A stretch of DNA of 64,000 bases from Octopus vulgaris (GCA_951406725.2 OX597828.1:12958001-13022000); one strand, 5' to 3'. Positions 40,853-53,276 are shown, counted from the first letter of the stretch. The notes: generated from the sequence alone by a model not told the origin. A program made the numbers and translations.

Positions 40853-42008
40853 GTGTTTTTTTAAACAATTTGCTCCGTGTCCTTCACATTTTTCACTTCT
40901 GTGATAAAATTATCACTAAGGGACGTAATAACAGCTAATTGGGCAACTTTTCATTATTTTAGGCAACAAGCACTTGTTAGCTGGCAGAAAGGTTATCACG
41001 CCAGGCGAAATGCGTAGCCGTATTTCGTCTGTCGTTGCGTTGTGAGTTCAAATTCCGCCGAGGTCGATAAATAAAGTACCAGTTACGCACTGGGGTCGAT
41101 GTAATCGACTTAATCCCTTTGTCTGTCCTTGTTTGTCCCCTCTATGTTTAGCCCCTTGTGGGCAATAAAGAAATATATATATATGTATGTACCTGATGGG
41201 CAACAAGCACTTGTTAATATATATACCTGATGGGTCACATAAGGCGGCGAACTGGCAGAACCGTTAGCACGCCGTTACGTTCTGAGTTCAAATTCCACCG
41301 AGGTCGACTTTGCCTTTCATCCTTTCGGAGTCGATTAATTAAGTACCAGTTACGCACTGAGGTCGATGTAATCGACTTAATCCGTTTGTCTCCTCTGTGT
41401 TTAGCTCCTTGTGGGTAGTAAAGAAATATTCTTTCATTAACCTTATTACCATATTTCTATTGAAATACACTCTTTGTTAAAAAAAAACTCTTAAAAAAAA
41501 AAATAATAAAAGATTTAAATAATTTAGTCGTTATTAAGCTAGGAACAAATTAACATTAAATTTTGATGGAAGGTCTTAATTTATATCAATTTAAAATGGG
41601 AAGTTTATGTCACATGTAGATTGATGTCGAAAGGGTTACAGAATGCCTACGAAACTCTTCACCCACTACCTCCGAACTTTTTGTTTTTCCACAAAAAATT
41701 CCGATATAATCGTCATCTACAACAGAAAGATATTTGTAGAAAATTTCATTTTAAAATATCCATTTTTCAGAAAGTTATGAGGAAACAAAGTTGGAGGGAA
41801 CCCACATTCTAAAGGACTTATATTGGCGAAGTTTTGCCCTTATATTTGTGTTTATTCCAAGTCAGCCTTACAAAGTCACATATCTTCCCATGCTATTTGG
41901 TCACTAGACCTACTAGAAATAACAGCCAAATTTCCCTCAAATCATACCCTACTTCTTCCAAAAAGTGCTTTGAAAAAACAAAGACAGAAATATATTTAAT
42001 AACAATCT

Positions 42009-42402
42009 GGATCTTTTCGGTTTGAACGGCAGTTTTTTTCTAGCTGTGTCATATGAAATTGTCACCCATAATTATGACCCTAGTATCGATCTATTGCATT
42101 TCAATCTGTGTTAGGGGTGGGGGAAGGGTATTTTTTTTTCTTCACAAATGTAAATAAACCCAATCTGTTTCTTAAACGAGGGACATATTCATACGACACA
42201 GAATGTTTTCACCTCAATAGACGTAATTGATTGGTTGAAATTGAAGAAAAAAAAACAAATATCTTACAAACTATAGAATTTTCTCAATAAAGCCCAGAGA
42301 AAAAGATGTTTTATAAACACATTCTACCAGTATACGAAGTTTAAAAGTGTTTAGTTACGTGGAAATTATTTTAAAAAACTGCCGTTCAAACCGAAAAGAT
42401 CC
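42009..42402. mobile_element. MITE with perfect ~29-bp TIRs (GGATCTTTTCGGTTTGAACGGCAGTTTTT)
   Basis: Exact inverted termini; flanks aacaatct / aacatcct may be a decayed 8-bp TSD. Confidence 0.8.
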
Positions 42403-42818
42403 AACATCCTAGATACGCTAACTAACTGAACTGATTTCTTTTATTAGGCACAAGGCCTCTAACACTAACTGCACTAAAACTGAAATGGTCACAACTGAAA
42501 CGCCTTTGGTCATCTCATTCAGAGCTCATCTGGATCTAAACATTAACAGCAGGAGCCAACGAAGGAACATTTATAGAATCGTTCAACCTACTAGAAATAG
42601 CAGTCAAACTTACTTCCAGTTATAGTCCACCTTTTAATAAAGGGAGGGAAAGTTTGGATAACGGAGTTTGGGAATAAACAATCATTTTTTCTTTCTCCAA
42701 CGAAATTTTGAGGGGTCAAATTTCGGAAAATTTGAATATTTGCTTTTTACTTCATTTTTTACTTGCATAATTTTGCATACTCATTACGAATTTTGCGTTC
42801 GTTATTTGCCGAAATTGA

Positions 42819-43331
42819 TCTATATATATAAAGATGAGTGTGTGTGTGTGTCCGTGTGTCTGTCTGTCTGTGTGAATCCCTAAAACTTGAGAACTACACA
42901 ACCAATTTCATTCAAATTTTACACTTGCCTTCCTTAGGTCCATGTAGTGTCATAGGCCAAAAAATTTTTTAACTTCTTGCCTAGTTCAAGCCCAGACCAA
43001 TATCATATCTCCTCCACTATTTCAGTATTACATGTCAAAAGTGAAACAATAGCATCTCTCTAAGGAGTGTCAATGGAAAAGAGAAGGAAAGAAAGAAGGA
43101 AGAGAGAAAAAAGAAAAAATGTGACATCTTTGCAGCTGGTCAGTTCTTTCAATAGAAAGTGATTTTTGGCTTTTAGAATTGCCATTTCTAAAAGCCAAGA
43201 ATCACTTTCTATTGAAAGAACTGACCAGCTGCAAAGATGTGAACACATTTTTTCTTCTTTCTTTCCTTCTCTTTTCCATTGACACCTCTTTCAGATACAA
43301 AAGCATACACACACACATACACACACACACA

Positions 43332-43360
<29 letters not shown>
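42819..43360 (+). mobile_element. Probable second non-autonomous Helitron family (5' part), containing a long hairpin
   Basis: A|TCTATATATATAAAG start, (GT)n/(CTGT)n tract, then aaccaatttcattcaaatttt, an arrangement typical of invertebrate non-autonomous Helitrons; 3' end not identified. Confidence 0.45.
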
Positions 43361-43367
<7 letters not shown>

Positions 43368-43780
43368 TTCTCCCCATTCCTCACCCACCCTCTTGTACTA
43401 TCTTATATCTTTCTCCACCCCTACACAATCAATAATACTATAAAAAGCGACAAATCTCCTGAAAAAATTCAATCTGAAGACTCCACTAGAATGGAAGCAA
43501 GTGCAAATATATGACTTATAAAAAACATGTGACATATTAATAAATATCTGTAAATATAAAACCATCCAGATTTCTGAGTACCTTATTTCTTCTAATATAT
43601 AATACCTGTATATCATCTCCAAACCTTCTAATATATCGAACCAGGGGCAGCTGATGAAGGGGAATATTCTTTGTATTGTTTGTCTTGTACTCTGTTTTTT
43701 CGTTGTTAAAAAAAAGTCCATTTCCTTGTTTGTTTTTGTTTTCGTTTCTCGTGTTCTATGTTTATTTGTGGTGTCCTGTA

Positions 43781-43810
<30 letters not shown>

Positions 43811-43819
<9 letters not shown>

Positions 43820-44780
43820 CATCCACTCGTGACCGAGGAAGACCATTGCCGACCTTCAGGAACATTGTGCGCTCTAGGACTAACTTATATTTTGCATTTG
43901 CAGCTCCGTTGGTGGCTAATGAGCCCTGCTCTTGACAAGCATACACGACTGCAAACATTGCAGACCAAGCTTTCCCCATTCACTATACAAGCCATGCGCT
44001 TTCGCGCAGCTCGCTTAAGTTCTTCATGCTGGATACGTGCTCTCTCAAAAGTGTCAATCCCCTCCTTAACCTGCTTCCTCCATCTGTGGCGATGACAGGC
44101 ATTGTTCTCCCAGTCAGTGTCCTGCATATCAAAGTCCTTTAACGAGGACTTGACACAGTCCTTAAATCGCAGCCTTGGTTTCTGCCGGAGTCTCCTTCCA
44201 TTCACAAGTTCTCCATAGAGCATCTGCTTAGGAATCCTTCTATCCTCCATTCTAATAAGGTGTCCAGTCCAACGCAACCGGTGCTTGTGTACCATCGCCT
44301 CAATACTCAAGATATCAGCTGTCCTCAGGATCTGTGTGTCTGGAATTTTTGAGGTCCAGCCAACATTGAGAATGTGTCTGAGACATCTCTGATGAAAACG
44401 TTCAAGGACCCTGACCTGACGCTTGTACAGAGTCCATGTCTCACATGAGTAGAGAAGCGACGTCAGTACACAAGCACGGTACACAGCAACTTTTGTTCTC
44501 CTTGCGATGCCATGTTGGGACCAGACACGAGACTGAAGAGACTGGAAGGAATTAGTTGCTCTCTGCAACCTGAAAAATATTTCCTCATCCAGGGAGCAAG
44601 AATGGCTGAGTGTGCTGCCCAGGTAGACAAACTAGTCTACTACCTTCAGAATCGTTCCTTCAACCAAGATAGCTGGTTCTATATATGGATTTCCTGGTGC
44701 TGGCTGGAACATTACAACAGTCTTGTCCAGGCTAATGCTGAGTCCAAATGCCCTGCAAGAAGCAGAAATGCAATTCATGC
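43811..44780 (-). mobile_element. 5'-truncated RTE (BovB-like) LINE, C-terminal ORF fragment
   Basis: TKVAVYRACVLTSLLYSCETWT, LRWTGHLIRMEDRRIPKQMLYGEL and terminal CNVCSRVCLSRAGLISHQRSC zinc finger; frameshifted near 44570-44640; ends in a TA tail. Confidence 0.92.
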
Positions 44781-45446
44781 CATGCTGGCATTGGTTGGAC
44801 AGTTTGACCAGAGCTGGCCGGCCAGAAAGCTGCATCAGGTTTGTCTTACTCAGCTTACTTTCTATGGCTTGATGCCCTTCCTAATGACACCCACTTTACT
44901 GTGTGTGCTGGGTACTTTTATATGGTGTCGGCATGAGTGCCTTTTACATGACTCTGGTATAGAACTTTTGCAGACCAATCCTCATCAGGGGAGCAGCCTT
45001 AATATTTCTACTGTGAAGGATGGGTTTTCTTGAGTAGAGTATGGAGCTAGATATGTGTGTATATGTCATTGTGTTTGTTCCTCACCACTGCTTGTCAACT
45101 GGTGTTGGTGTGTTTATGTCCACCATAACTTAGTGGTATGGCAAAAGAGACTGATACAATAAGTACCAGGCTAAAAAAATAAGTACTGGGATTGATTCAA
45201 TTGGCTAGAAATTCTTCAAGGTGATGCTCCAGCATGGCCACAGTCTAATGACTGAAGCAAACAAAAAATAAAAAGAGTGGGAGAAATGAAAAATACATCA
45301 CGTTGCCTGGTCCAGGAATTGAAATCGTGATTCATTAATTATGAGTGTAATATATTAACCACTGGGCCATGTGCCTTCACCTGTAGTGTTGACATAAGGA
45401 GAAAAGAAACATGACAGACAACAGTTTAATACAAGGAAATTGTTAG

Positions 45447-45452
45447 TTTATT
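45447..45452 (-). terminator. Candidate STOML1 polyadenylation signal AATAAA
   Basis: tttatt on plus strand ~1.15 kb past the stop, followed in transcript sense by T/GT-rich sequence; an alternative AATAAA lies at ~45753-45758. Confidence 0.35.
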
Positions 45453-45509
45453 TACATCTTCAAATTCTATAGACATCTGTGATATAAATAGCAAGTTATT
45501 GAAACTCAT

Positions 45510-45572
<63 letters not shown>

Positions 45573-46167
45573 TACATAGTTCCACATTCATACAATTTAT
45601 AACATAACAGATCAATATATGATAATAAATAGTTATTTACAACAAAGCAATTATAAATTATTAGTTATGTATATAAATTATTGGTTATATATAAAGTAAT
45701 ATTTTTTTATACATTTTGTCAGTTTTCATTATCTTTTTTCTTTTCAATTTTTTATTACAAACAAACAAGTTTGTAGAATTGTTCTGAGTTTTAGTAAAAG
45801 AATCTCAATACAGATTCTTCCTGAAAGTACCCTCAAACTATTCTACAAGACACTTCCAACCGGTTTTCAAATCACCTCCAGCTATTCAGAGAGCCACCGC
45901 TAGTTTCCCTATGGAGCCTCTATGTAGTTGATTGGTCTGCTAAAAACAGCAGCTAAATATATTTCAAATTACATCTCTAATGTTTTAAAGGAATAAAAGA
46001 ACACATTACATAATAGAGCTATCCCTATATACCCGTATTAGATAATAGAGATATCTCTTAAAAGATAGGATGGTCAAAGCTGGATTACCTTTTATTGTAG
46101 GCCTAACTCAATCAAGACTGGCTTAGGGGCTAAACCAGTAGTAAAAAAGAGTTGCCAAAATAGTCTA

Positions 46168-46480
46168 AAGTCACCTCCAGCAACTCTGCAAGTCACCTCC
46201 AGCAACTCTGCAAGTCACCTCCAGCAACTCCGCAAGTCACCTCCAGCAACTCTGCAAGTCACCTCCAACAACTCTGCAAGTCACCTCCAACAACTCTACA
46301 AGTCACCTCCAGCAACTCTGCAAGTCACCTCCAGCAACTCTACAAGTCACCTCCAGCAACTCTACAAGTCACCACTAGCAACTCTACAAGTCACCTCCAG
46401 CAACTCTGCAAGTCATCGCAAGCAACTCTGCAAGCCACCTCTGGCTACTCCCCAAGTCATGTCCAGTAATTCTACAAGAC
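46168..46480. repeat. 22-bp minisatellite (aagtcacctccagcaactctgc), ~14 copies, just 3' of the STOML1 stop
   Basis: tcacctcc recurs at 46171, 46193, 46215...; copies decay towards 46480. Confidence 0.95.
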
Positions 46481-46593
46481 TCCTCAACATAACTTTCCTT
46501 CTTTCTCTCTTTCTGTGATTACAACAATACAAAAAACACTAACTAAAACTACAACTGAAGCAACCACAGATGAATATGTTGTAAGTAGACATT

Positions 46594-46808
46594 CTACAAG
46601 AGAATAGACTGCAATCGGTCTAAAACTGGTTCAATTCTCAGGGCAGCTAACTTGTTGCCAGATACTTTCAGACAACCATTTTTGTATGCTTCCAAAGGTT
46701 TCAGGTGGCCATGTGCCAAAGATATAAAGTCCTTGTAATCAAGAGTCATAGTAACCTCAGCAGCATTATGGTTTTCTGTGTTTTCCATAAATGTCACAGA
46801 GCCAGCAC
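46594..46808 (-). CDS. STOML1: STOML1 terminal exon, C-terminal half of SCP2 domain (GAGSV...AEVTMTLDYKDFISLAHGHLKPLEAYKNGCLKVSGNKLAALRIEPVLDRLQSILL*)
   Basis: CTTTAG acceptor, phase 1, stop TAG at 46594; SCP2 signature G.L.P..A...G.LKV.GN...AL. Confidence 0.92.
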
Positions 46809-47143
46809 CTAAAGATAAAATTACAAAATAAGAGACATTAACAAACATGAAATTTATAATAGCAGGATTATGAAGTTTAACATTCCAATCAATCAATTAT
46901 TATTATTATTGGTGACAGGTGGAATTATCTGCATGCTGGGCAAAATTTGTGGGGAGGGGGCTTATCAATTACATCGACCCCCCCCCCCTCCCCACTCTGT
47001 GCTCAATTGGTACTTATTTTATTGACCCTGAAAAGATGAAAGGCAAAGTTAACCTCAGCTGAATTTGAACTCAGGACATTAAGCAGACTAAATGCTGCTA
47101 AGCATTTTGGCCAGTGTGCTAACAATTCTGCCAGCTTGCCACC

Positions 47144-47180
<37 letters not shown>

Positions 47181-47183
<3 letters not shown>

Positions 47184-47535
47184 GAGCAGTCAGAAAGTGC
47201 AAATCTCTGCCAAGGCAACACCAACATCCTCTCAACGATTAGTCAGAGATGATTTTTAAAATGAGAATATCTGAAATAAACTCGACTGCTCTCACAAACG
47301 AGAATACTAAAATTGAACCTGACTGCTCTCAAAAATTAAGTGAAAAAAAAACAGGAAAAAATAATCCAGAATCCTTGTCCGGTACTGGATCGATCCCAAA
47401 ATCTAATCAGTTTGTGTCAGTCACGTGGCCAAACATCCCTCAAAGTTTCATCTGAATCCATCCAACTGTTCTTGGGATATCTTGTCCACAGACAAACAAA
47501 CAAACAAACACAACTGAAAACAATACCACTGCCTT
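47181..47535 (+). mobile_element. Helentron/DINE-like non-autonomous element; truncated second copy ~56209-56465
   Basis: Two homologous copies next to (AAT)n; internal aagtttcatctgaatcc, (ACAA)n tract and nearby terminal hairpin tgcctttgc-ttat-gcagaggca (~47530-47551). Superfamily assignment is inference. Confidence 0.45.
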
Positions 47536-48487
47536 TGCTTATGCAGAGGCAATAATAATGATGATGATTTCATTTATTCGCCACAAGGGCAAAGGCTGAG
47601 GGAGACAATACAAAGACAGACATAAAGTGTTGGGGTTTACATATAATGAAATGATAACAAAAAAAAATAATGATGATGATGATTTCAAATTTTGGCACAA
47701 GGCCGGCAATTTTGGGGAGGAGGTAAGTCGATTACATCAACCCCAGCATTCAACTGGTACATATTTTACTGGCCTCGGAAAGATGAAAGGCAAAATTGAC
47801 TGTGGCAGAATTTGAACTCAGAACACAGATGGACGAAATACTGCTAAGCATTTTGGCCAGTGTGCTAATAATTCAGCCAGCTCGCTACCTTAATGATTTC
47901 AACTTATGGCACAAGGTCAGCATGACCCCACTGCTCAACTGCTCCTTATTTTATCAACCCCAAAAGGATAAACGGCAAAGTCAGCCCTAGCAGAATTTGA
48001 ACTCAGAATGTAAAGATGCCGCTGCACATTTTACCCAATCTGCTAATGAGTCCTCCAGTTTGCTGCCCTAACATAAGGAGGGACGAAATACTGCCAAGCA
48101 TTTTGCCTGGCATACTAATGATTCTTATTTTTTTATTGCCCAAAAGGGACTAAACATAGGGGGGACAAAAAAGGACAGACAAAGGGATTAAGTTGATTGC
48201 ATCGATCCCAGTGCGTAACTGGGACTTAATTTATCGACCCCTGAAAGGATGAAAGGTAAAGTTGACCTCGGTGGAATTTGAACTCAGAATGTAACGACAG
48301 ACAAAATACCGCTAAGCATTTCGCCCAGTGTGCTAACGTTTCTGCCAGCTCGCCACATGCTAATGATTCTGCCAGCTCGTTACCTCGATAACAACAAGAA
48401 TATTACATAGGTAAAATTATTTCCTGTTGGCACAAGGCTGCATTTTCACAAAAGGGAAAATCTCAAAACTTAAATTGTAACACATAC

Positions 48488-48700
48488 CATTTTTGAGATC
48501 CAGTAAGAACTTCTTGTTAATATCCCCAACAATATGGAATTGGAAAATAGTATTCACAGACTGCACCAAATCATTATCCAACACTGACTGTAATTTGAAG
48601 ATGATTACATCAAAGGCATCTTTGGTTGTTTCCGAATATTTATTCTCCGTGTCTTTTGTAGGAAATGTCTCGGGCACTGGTGCTTGTTTTGGAGAATTCT
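48488..48700 (-). CDS. STOML1: STOML1 exon, N-terminal half of SCP2 sterol-binding domain (ENSPKQ...LVQSVNTIFQFHIVGDINKKFLLDLKNG)
   Basis: CATCAG acceptor, GTATGT donor, 213 nt phase 1->1; SCP2-type FQF.I...FLLDLKNG. Confidence 0.9.
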
Positions 48701-48999
48701 CTGATGAAACATAAAGCAAAATATCAAAGTCCAACAACAATTACATATATAAAAAAAAAAAAAGAAACTGCTGATATAAGTAATTTCTTAAATAAATTCA
48801 GAAACTCAGATTTATAGAGTGGGGGAGGGAAATGAAATGGGCTTTTGTTATAGTCATGTGTTCTACATGGGGACTGATCAACATAAATACAATGAAATGG
48901 CAACAACAAACCATTAAAATGTGATCCTGAACTTGGCTCAAAGAAAGACTAATTTTAACTTTTTTGTTACAATGTTACTGATGAAAAACCACTGCTTTA

Positions 49000-49410
49000 A
49001 CTCTTTTAATTGTTTCAGTCATTTGACTGTGGCCATGCTGGAGCACCACCTTTAGTCGAGCAACTCAACCCCAGGACTTATTCTTTGTAAGCCTAGTACT
49101 TATTCTATCGGTCTCTTTTGCCGAACCACTAAGTTACGGGTATATAAACACACCAGCATCAGTTCAAGCGATGTTGGGGGGACAAACACAGACACACAAA
49201 CATATACACACACATACATATATATATATACACACACGTATATGCGATGGACTTCTTTCACTTTCCGTCTACCAAATCCATTCACAAGGCTTTGGTCGGT
49301 CCAAGGCTATAGTAGAAGACACTTGCCCAAGGTGCCACACAGTGGGACTGAACCCGGAACCATGTGGTTCGTAAGCAAGCTACTTACCATACAGCCACTC
49401 CTACGCCTAT
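49000..49410 (-). mobile_element. tRNA-derived SINE family 1 (CORE-like ccttgggcaagt motif, internal microsatellite); other copies ~1-240, 1745-2058, 18350-18985, 27227-27865, 36773-37465, 39065-39440, 54186-54580, 59085-59505, 63090-63473
   Basis: A box TGGCTGTRTGG, B box GGTTCAGTCCC, conserved body and 3' end aatgactgaaacaa across copies. Confidence 0.88.
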
Positions 49411-49588
49411 TGTTTCAATTAATTTTGAAAATAATGAAGAATTTAGTAAAATAACTTTGGTATTTGGAACTTAAATCACCATGGAATTTTGAAGGTAAGT
49501 TTTAACAGATTTTCTTGAAATAGGAAGACTGCCAAGGGCAGTTTTGGAACTAAAGGATTAAAGGCCTGACAAATAATTCTAAATATAA

Positions 49589-50281
49589 CTAGCACTATGA
49601 CCCGGTGTTGCCGGGTCATAGTGCTAGTGCATGCATATATAGCTGCATGCGTGCGCACATACATGCGAGTACTGTCCAAATCTCCGACCAATCACATACA
49701 GCTAGCTGGCATTCAATTAGCGTATCAAGTTTCGGGCATTTTGATTGGAAAATTTTGATAGAAAATTCACGAAAAAGTCACTTCTATTGATTTTTTAATG
49801 GCTTTGAGGGGTTACTGGGGAAATGTAAAGATGTGCACGACTGCCCTTGGACGGTTTTGAATGACCATAGAAAGTGAGCCTCCAGTTTGATTTGGCATGG
49901 TTTCTATAGCTGGACTAGCACTATGACCTGGCAACGCCGGGTCATAGTGCTATTGCATGCATATACAGCTGCGTGCGTGTGCACATACACGTGAGTACTG
50001 TCCAAATCTCTGACCAATCACATACAGCTAGCTGGCATGCAATTAGCGTATCAAGTTTCGGGCATTTTGATTGGGTTTTCGATAGAAAATTCACGAAAAA
50101 GTCACTTCTATTGATTTTTAATGGCTTTGAGGGGTTACTGGGGAAATCTAAAGATGTGCACGACCACCCTTGGATGGTTTTCAATGACCATAGAAAGTGC
50201 GAGCCCTCTAACTGAAAAATTGTGGATTTGTATAAAGGACACACACACAGACAGACATTTTGCCGTTTATATACAGAGAGA
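49589..50281 (-). mobile_element. Composite non-autonomous Helitron: full unit (50281-49915) + 35-bp captured flank + 5'-truncated unit (~49880-49589)
   Basis: A|TC start at 50281, two hairpin-CTAG ends (49915, 49589), T follows the outer end; same family as 22772-23139. Confidence 0.85.
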
Positions 50282-51399
50282 TAACATATTTCACAGGATT
50301 CTAGCAAACTTTATCATGATATAATTCATTGTAACACAAATGGCTCTCATACAAGTCATAGTGACACACTACACTAACACCTCCACTATGACACAATACA
50401 TTGAGTCACAATTCAATGTTACATCTTGTAACACAAATGAGTGTTACATAACTCACTGAAAAGTAAGTATCACAAAACAACACAACGTAGTATATTAGGA
50501 TACAGTACACTGTGATACACAAGTCCAAAAAACAGAGCCTCTATATAGTTGATTAAATGGCTAGAAATAGCAGCCAAATCTCGCTCAAATCATATTCTAT
50601 CTTAAGAAAGAAATATAAAGCAACCCTAGATAGCCCTAAAAAACAGGATGGTTGCAAAACATAGTTCTGCTCAATCTATGTTTTCCCTAGGGTTGTCCAA
50701 CTTGATCAGTATTGTCCTGTTTTGTCTCTAACATTGTGACCCAATACACTGTGATATCAATCACTTTGGCACATTTCTATGGTGGAGGCACATGGCCTAG
50801 TGGTTAGAGCAGCGGACTCGCAGTCGAGGGATCGCCGGTTCAAATCTCAGACCGGACGATGTGTGTTTATGAGCGAAACACCTAAGCTCCACGCAGCTCT
50901 GGAAGAAGGTAATAGTGAACTTCTGCTGACTCTTTCACCACAACTTTCTCTCACTCTTTCCTCCTGCATCTTGCAGCTCACCTTCGACGGACCGGCGTCC
51001 CATCCAGGTGGGGAACCTATACGCCAAGGAAACCGGGAAACCGGCCCTTATGAGCCAGGCATAGCTCGAGAAGGAACAAAACAAAAAAACATTTCTATGC
51101 GACACAATTCACTATAACATCACCACTGTCCTTTTCAATTTGGGGTCATCATGTCTCAATACTTGACGACTACAATGAAATACAGAGAAAGGTAACTGGG
51201 ACAAACTTGTACATAAAAGACACAGTGTGTGTGTGTGTGTGTGTGTTACAGAAAGAGAGAGAGCGTGTATGTGTGTTTTGTGTGTGTATGTGAGAGAGAG
51301 AGAGAGAGTGTGTGTGTAACAGAGAGATTGTATGTGTGTAACAGAGAGGGAGTGTGTTGTGCATGTATATGTACTGGTTAAGGAATAACGGGGTCTTAC

Positions 51400-51569
51400 C
51401 ATTTGTTTTGTTTGTTTTATTGATAACTACATTAGCCAGTTGCTGGAAAGCAAGAGGTAGACCATCAAAGGCACCTTGATGACCGGAAGGTGTATACCCT
51501 GGTGGCTGGATACACTTAGGTAAAGGAACTTTACCTTCAGATGGTGCAACAAGGACTTTTATGTGGGAC
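51400..51569 (-). CDS. STOML1: STOML1 linker exon (SHIKVLVAPSEGKVPLP...LPLAFQQLANVVINKTNKTN)
   Basis: TTCAG acceptor, GTAAGA donor, 170 nt phase 2->1, open frame; FQQLA matches STOML1 LQQLA. Confidence 0.85.
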
Positions 51570-51834
51570 CTGAATTAGAGAAAAAATAAATACGTAAAAG
51601 AGATGCAGAAAAATAAATGTTTTTTTTTTTATCATTTAGAACTGAAAGGGACCACCCATAGCCTTTCTATAGGGCTTTCATTACAACAAAGGTAAGACAG
51701 CAATGGGAGCAATACCAGTAATATCTGCAACAGCAAAATCTGTACACAACGGCAATGGCAACAATAGAAGTTTCAGTAACAACAACAGCAACATCAATAC
51801 CAGCAACAACATCAGTGATGACAGCAGCAGCCAG

Positions 51835-52030
51835 TGGAGGCGCAATGGCCCAGTGGTTAGGGCAGCGGACTTGCAGTCGGGGGATCGCAGTTTCGATTCC
51901 CAGACCAGGCATTGTGTGTGTTTATTGAGCGAAAACACCTAAAGCTCCATGAAGCTCCAGCAGTGGGTGGTGGCGACCCCTGTTGTACTCTTTCACCCCA
52001 ACTTTCTCTCACTCTTTCTTCCTGTTTCTT
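51835..52030 (+). mobile_element. tRNA-derived SINE family 3; related copies ~8530-8795(-), 10530-10770(-), 50784-51085(+), 52550-52892(-)
   Basis: Head GGCGCAATGGCCCAGTGGTTAGGGCAGCGGACT...GTTTCGATTCCC followed by shared non-tRNA body (gagcgaaaacacctaaagctcca). Confidence 0.8.
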
Positions 52031-52891
52031 GTCCCCGACTTCCTATGCAACTGCTGAGCCTGGATGCGCATTCATCTATCCATTGATGCTCCCAGTGTCG
52101 GGGGTTGACCTCCACGTTTCGGACTTCTCCCATCTTGCGAGCTCTGGGATGAAGACCATTCACTCAACAGCAACAACAGCAGCAGCCATAATCTAAAGTG
52201 AGATTCTGCAAAATACAATGGGAAAGACTGGTGGTCTCTTTAATAAAACGCTTCTGTGTAAAGCCCACTATATATTGGCTTCAAGTTTTGTCATAGAGCC
52301 AACAAGTTGGTGGGAGTAGGGTAGGTCAATTAGACCACCCCCATAGTTCAACAAGTACTTGTTTTATCAACCCTGAAAGGATGAAAAGCAGAGTCGACCT
52401 TGGCGGAATTTGAACTCAGAATGTGAAGACAGATGAAATGCCACTAAGCATTTTGCCTGGTGTGCTAACGATTCTGTCAGCTCAATGCCTAAACACACAC
52501 ATACACACACACACACACACAGCTGCCGCCACCACCACCACCACCAACATTGATCTGATCAATGCAACAGCCTGCTTGTGAAATTAACGTGCAAGTGGCT
52601 GAGCACTCCACGAACAAATATACCCCTGACATAGTTCTCAGGGAGATTCAGCATGACACAGAGTGTGACAAGGCTGACCCTTTGAAATACAGGTACAACA
52701 GAAACAGGAAGAAGAGTGAGAGAAAGTTGTGGTGAAAGAGTATAGCAGGGTTTGCCACCACCCTGTGCTGGAGCCTCATGGAGCTTAGGTGTTTTCACTC
52801 AATAAACACTCACAACGCCCGGTCTGGGAATCAAAACCACAATCCTACAACTGTGAGTCTGATGCCCTAACCACTGGACCATTGCAGCTCC

Positions 52892-53072
52892 ACACACACA
52901 AACACACATATACATACATATACATATATATATATATACATACATATATATATATATGTGTATATATATGTATGTATATGTATGTATATGCATGTATATA
53001 TATATATGTATGTATATGTATGTATATGTATGTATATGTATATGTATGTATATATATATGTATGTGTATATG

Positions 53073-53104
<32 letters not shown>

Positions 53105-53106
53105 TG

Positions 53107-53137
<31 letters not shown>

Positions 53138-53205
53138 GTAAATGTATATATGTGTATATATATATATATACACATATACATACATATACATACATATTCA
53201 TGCAT

Positions 53206-53272
<67 letters not shown>
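52892..53272. repeat. Compound (TA)n/(TATG)n/(CATA)n microsatellite
   Basis: Direct reading; source of spurious ORFs 52789-53351. Confidence 0.98.

Positions 53273-53276
<4 letters not shown>

Noticed and set aside
43651-43680. CTGATGA box in a TA-flanked unit
   Set aside because: No downstream GAAA or closing helices, so no ribozyme call.
46594-48740. Stand-alone SCP2 or HSDL2 gene
   Set aside because: Upstream in-phase exons encode an SPFH/stomatin domain rather than a dehydrogenase, indicating STOML1.
51838-51910. tRNA-like sequence (also ~50786-50855)
   Set aside because: Has A/B boxes but no proper acceptor stem and runs into a shared SINE body; SINE head, not a tRNA gene.
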